A stretch of DNA of 64,000 nucleotides from the human T2T-CHM13v2.0 reference genome, Homo sapiens. The translations under genes and the position numbers were made by a program. This document shows positions 60,716 to 64,000 of this stretch, piece after piece; positions within the stretch are counted from its first letter, which is position 1; each line of letters begins with the position of its first letter. The DNA is taken from the NCBI RefSeq assembly GCF_009914755.1, contig NC_060948.1; one strand, given 5' to 3'. The notes under the pieces are model-generated. The model saw only the letters and a program-made list of their open reading frames with translations. It ran no database searches and had not been told where the DNA came from.

Positions 60716-63700
60716 GGATAGCTCTCTGAATGTATTTGTAACAAGCCAATCACTTTCTTGTGTCACTCATGCATTCAACAAATGGTTATGGACCAATACA
60801 CTATACAACGCCTGCTGCTACTATGGTAAGATGTCAATATTAGACAATGGTGAGACTTTCATCCAAAATTAAGACCTGTCTGTGCTGTATCATGTTCTAA
60901 GGCTTTGGATGATTTAAAGTACATTCATTTAGAATTCAGAATGGTCTCTATTCTCAGGATGCTTGCTGGCATTTCAAGGATTGCAAACAATGTAGAATCC
61001 AAACTCTGTTCATGACTTTGCTAATTCTTGAGAGAAAATGGCTCAACAACAACACACAATACTGTTTATGCTCCCTGCCAGGTTTTGCTGGGATTGATAA
61101 ATTTGGTGTTATGTTTCACTTAGGGATCCTATGACTGGCAGCCCTCAGGATATGTACGTGTTTGCACATTGGTCCCATTCCCCAAATTGCCTCTTAGATT
61201 TGACACACCCTGGTGACTCAACTTGCCTTCCCATTAACCTAAAGCCCTTTCTTTGTTTTACACATTTTCCAACTATACATAGACCTTCTGCCTTAGGAGA
61301 GCTGACATTAATAGTGCTATTCCATGCAGCAAACCACTAGAGACAATACATTACTGGGGAGGGGGTACTGGGTGCTGGGAGACCTGGGAACAGTGAGTGT
61401 CTCAGTGGAGCTTACAGAAACCAGTCTGTTCAACTTATTTCTCTGCTGCTAATTTCAAGGTGCTGCCACTGCTACTTCAAACTGTAATAGTGTCTACAAA
61501 CAATTTGCACTTTGGAATGGCACACTTCCAACAGGTAATTAACAAATCCAGGGGACAATCTTTTTAAAAGGCTTTAAAAGCAACAGAGACTGAGGCCACC
61601 ATCAATGATATAGAATCATTCCGCTTTCTCTGTCATTTCAGAAGATACCTGGTTGACTGCTAGAGAGGTTTAGAGACTACAGGCCCTGGGCTTTATGGAA
61701 AGTTCCTCAAGATGTGTTAATTAGAAATAAAATTCAGCATGGTTATTGGCTGCAGTGTTTTCTCAATGAAATAGGCTATGAAGAGGGACTAAGATTTCAA
61801 TAGTTAGGAGCAGAGTTCACAAAGGGCCACCCAAGGACAGTGAATTCCATACCATTCACCATTCCAAGGCAGAACACTGCATTCACCAGCCTGCCTCCTT
61901 TCTGGAAGTGGTCGCTCGTGTGCCCTAACCGGTTGGTGTCCAAGCTCTCACTGTCTGGCCATTTTTGGAGACATGGAGAGGAATGGTGAGAGGGAAGTAT
62001 TGCTGGCCCTTCTGATGGCTATTCGGTTTGTTGAAAAGGGCTGAGATCTACATTTCTGCTGAGATTTGTAAAGGTAGTGGAGAGAGAAGAAGTCAACCAA
62101 AGATAAAAAGCTGCTTCGTCGGGTTTAGTGGAATCTCTCAGGAGCCTGAATAAATGATATGATGAATGCTGAAATCTCTGTGAGGCTGTATTGTTGTCAA
62201 ATAATAAAGCCTCATTCCAAGTAGTAAGGTGAGGCTGCCTTAAAGTAACATGGACCTCAAAGGTTGGGCTTCTAATGGGGGACTTAGGTTTTTAATCTGG
62301 AATATAATGAATACTTGTTATCTGGGATTAATGTGTACAGTTAGGTGGTTGAGAAAAGAACACAGCAGATGGTTCTAGAAATTCATACAAATATGTGTTT
62401 TGGAAACAAAAGCAGAATGTATTTGGGTCAGAGTGGTCTTTTAAAAAGTAAAGGTACAGAGACACATAAAAACAAAAATACTGCTCTAATGTCAGAAATA
62501 TTATATACTCCTGAACTCACTATTTATAAACTGGAATAGTGTTTCCTGGGGCTGAACCCATATTACTTAATCAAGTACATCAAAAATACATCATTGATAT
62601 GTAAAAATAAATATGTTCCTGTAAATGAGAGTTCCTGCCTGGAGTGGCAGGTCAGCCCAAACAGCCAAGAAGGCACTGGGGGTGAGGTGCTGAGCTTTCA
62701 GTTCCTTCATTTATAGCTCAGTTCTTAAGCAATCAATAATCACCACCACCCATCAGCTGAGCCAAGCCTGCCTATGTGCAGCTGGGCATGGGTTAGCAGT
62801 AGCAGCCTCCAGAAGCAAATATCTGGAATTTCAATCTAAGTCTGAAAGTCTATTTTTATGCTCCTCATTTAGTCAAGCAATCAGTTGACCCAGCTTAAAA
62901 AGTCTTGCTTACACAGGCTTGTCAGGAATATGCTTTGGTTTCCAAAAATATCTTTTTAAATCATAAGAAAATCCCCACCTTGTGTGAAACAAGAATTTAA
63001 AGGTCATAAACAATGGTTGACATTAGCAAGAAGGACAAAGCAAATTCATGCTCCCTGCATAAGCACTCTTTGATGCTGTTTCCCAAATTTCAGTACCTCA
63101 CAATGTTTTGTGGTATCCAAGTACTAGTTGACTTTTTCCTTTATTTAAATAAATATATTATTTTTTTTTTTAAAAAAAGAAACTTTCTTTCATGAGTATG
63201 AAGGCAATCCACTACCACTTGCCAAAAACAAGGGGTGATGATGAAGTACATTAACACCAAATATGTTCATCTGTCTAACACCTAAAATTATCTCACATAG
63301 GTCACAAAGTCTTCTCTCAGCCCCATCTGAGTGAGCACCAGCAGAGATCACTAGGTAGCAGCGCTGGGCCATGTTACTTCGTCATCAGCAACACCTGAAT
63401 GAGCAGAAGCCATTTCAGGCTTTCCATCCAACAGAACAATTATGAAAGGAAGGTGCCTATCTTTGGAAGTGGCCACTTGGATTTTAAACACCAACTCTAG
63501 CCTGTTCATTATCCCCATCCAAAGCTGCTTTTCTCAGCCCTCCTCCTTACTCAGAAGCCATCTCCAGCTAGGAGATACTTTCATACCAGAAATTAGGTCT
63601 TGGTGTATAGAGCTCGCAATCACTAGACTAGTTCATGACTGGAAAATACAAACTTTAGAAATGGAGCAACATGTAATGGAGTGAATCCAGCCATAAATTG

Positions 63701-64000
63701 GGGCTGGGGTGGGCAGGAGGTAAACTAGACAGTTGGGTGTTTTCCAGTCCTGGCGGCCAGGGGTTCAAATAAAGCTGCAGCTACCGAGGGCAAGAGGATA
63801 AACAAGGTTTTAGTTAGTTCTTGGGTTTATTTGGTTTCCTTTATAAGCAGACCCTGCAAGCTTTCCTGTAGAAGTAGTTTATTTGGGAAGTGATCCCAGG
63901 AAACAGAGGGAAGGAGTAGGAATGGAAAACACGGAGGAGATGGAGATGATGCCAGTGAATAAGTGCATTGAAGAGCATATTACCAATGGGGCAAGTAGGG

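Larger units (their letters stand above)
49657..62055 (-). pseudogene. RFTN1P1: Unprocessed raftlin (RFTN1) pseudogene: two consecutive exons with a ~12-kb intron; probably continues beyond the window
   Basis: Exon 62055-61853 (ag|..M*ISALFNKPNSHQKGQQYFPLTIPLHVSKNGQTV/LDTNRLGHTSDHFQKGGRLVNAVFCLGMVN|gt) and exon 49769-49657 (ag|DFLHGLT.../EAVSTEDSKSIQGFNAI/VEQWTVLE|ctaagt) match the recalled RFTN1 segments MEIFTLFNKPKSHQKCRQYYPVTIPLHVSKNGQTV and DSLHGLTDGVFIFEAVSTEDSKTIQGYDAIVVEQWTVLE. Stop, frameshifts and a dead donor are present. Confidence 0.92.

Overview
Hominid genomic DNA, probably human (AluYa5-type elements present), with the hallmarks of the Y chromosome. No intact protein-coding gene was found. 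The window is a chain of intron-containing pseudogenes plus primate repeats. (1) RBMY2-type pseudogene, minus strand, ~8.2-14.7 kb, with one SRGY box and the middle exons missing. (2) Three TSPY-family copies: a canonical 6-exon copy on minus (23.5-26.2 kb) and two more diverged FAM197Y-like copies on plus (15.6-17.8 and 27.2-29.4 kb). Each plus-strand copy lies head-to-head with RBMY or TSPY across a homologous promoter block. (3) A decayed 9-exon gene on minus (31.4-39.9 kb) that the ORF track shows only in fragments. It has an 11-aa Trp-repeat first exon and two tandem trypsin-like domains, matching the PRSSLY architecture. (4) From ~40 kb onward, MIR/L2/MLT-rich DNA carrying two raftlin (RFTN1) exons 12 kb apart, i.e. 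an unprocessed copy of the 3p24 RFTN1/DAZL region, with a near full-length L1PA and a solo HERV-K LTR5. From memory, this order fits Yp11.2 (RBMY2HP, TSPY12P, TTTY16, RFTN1P1); that placement needs BLAT confirmation. All calls come from manual reading and translation, and repeat boundaries are approximate.
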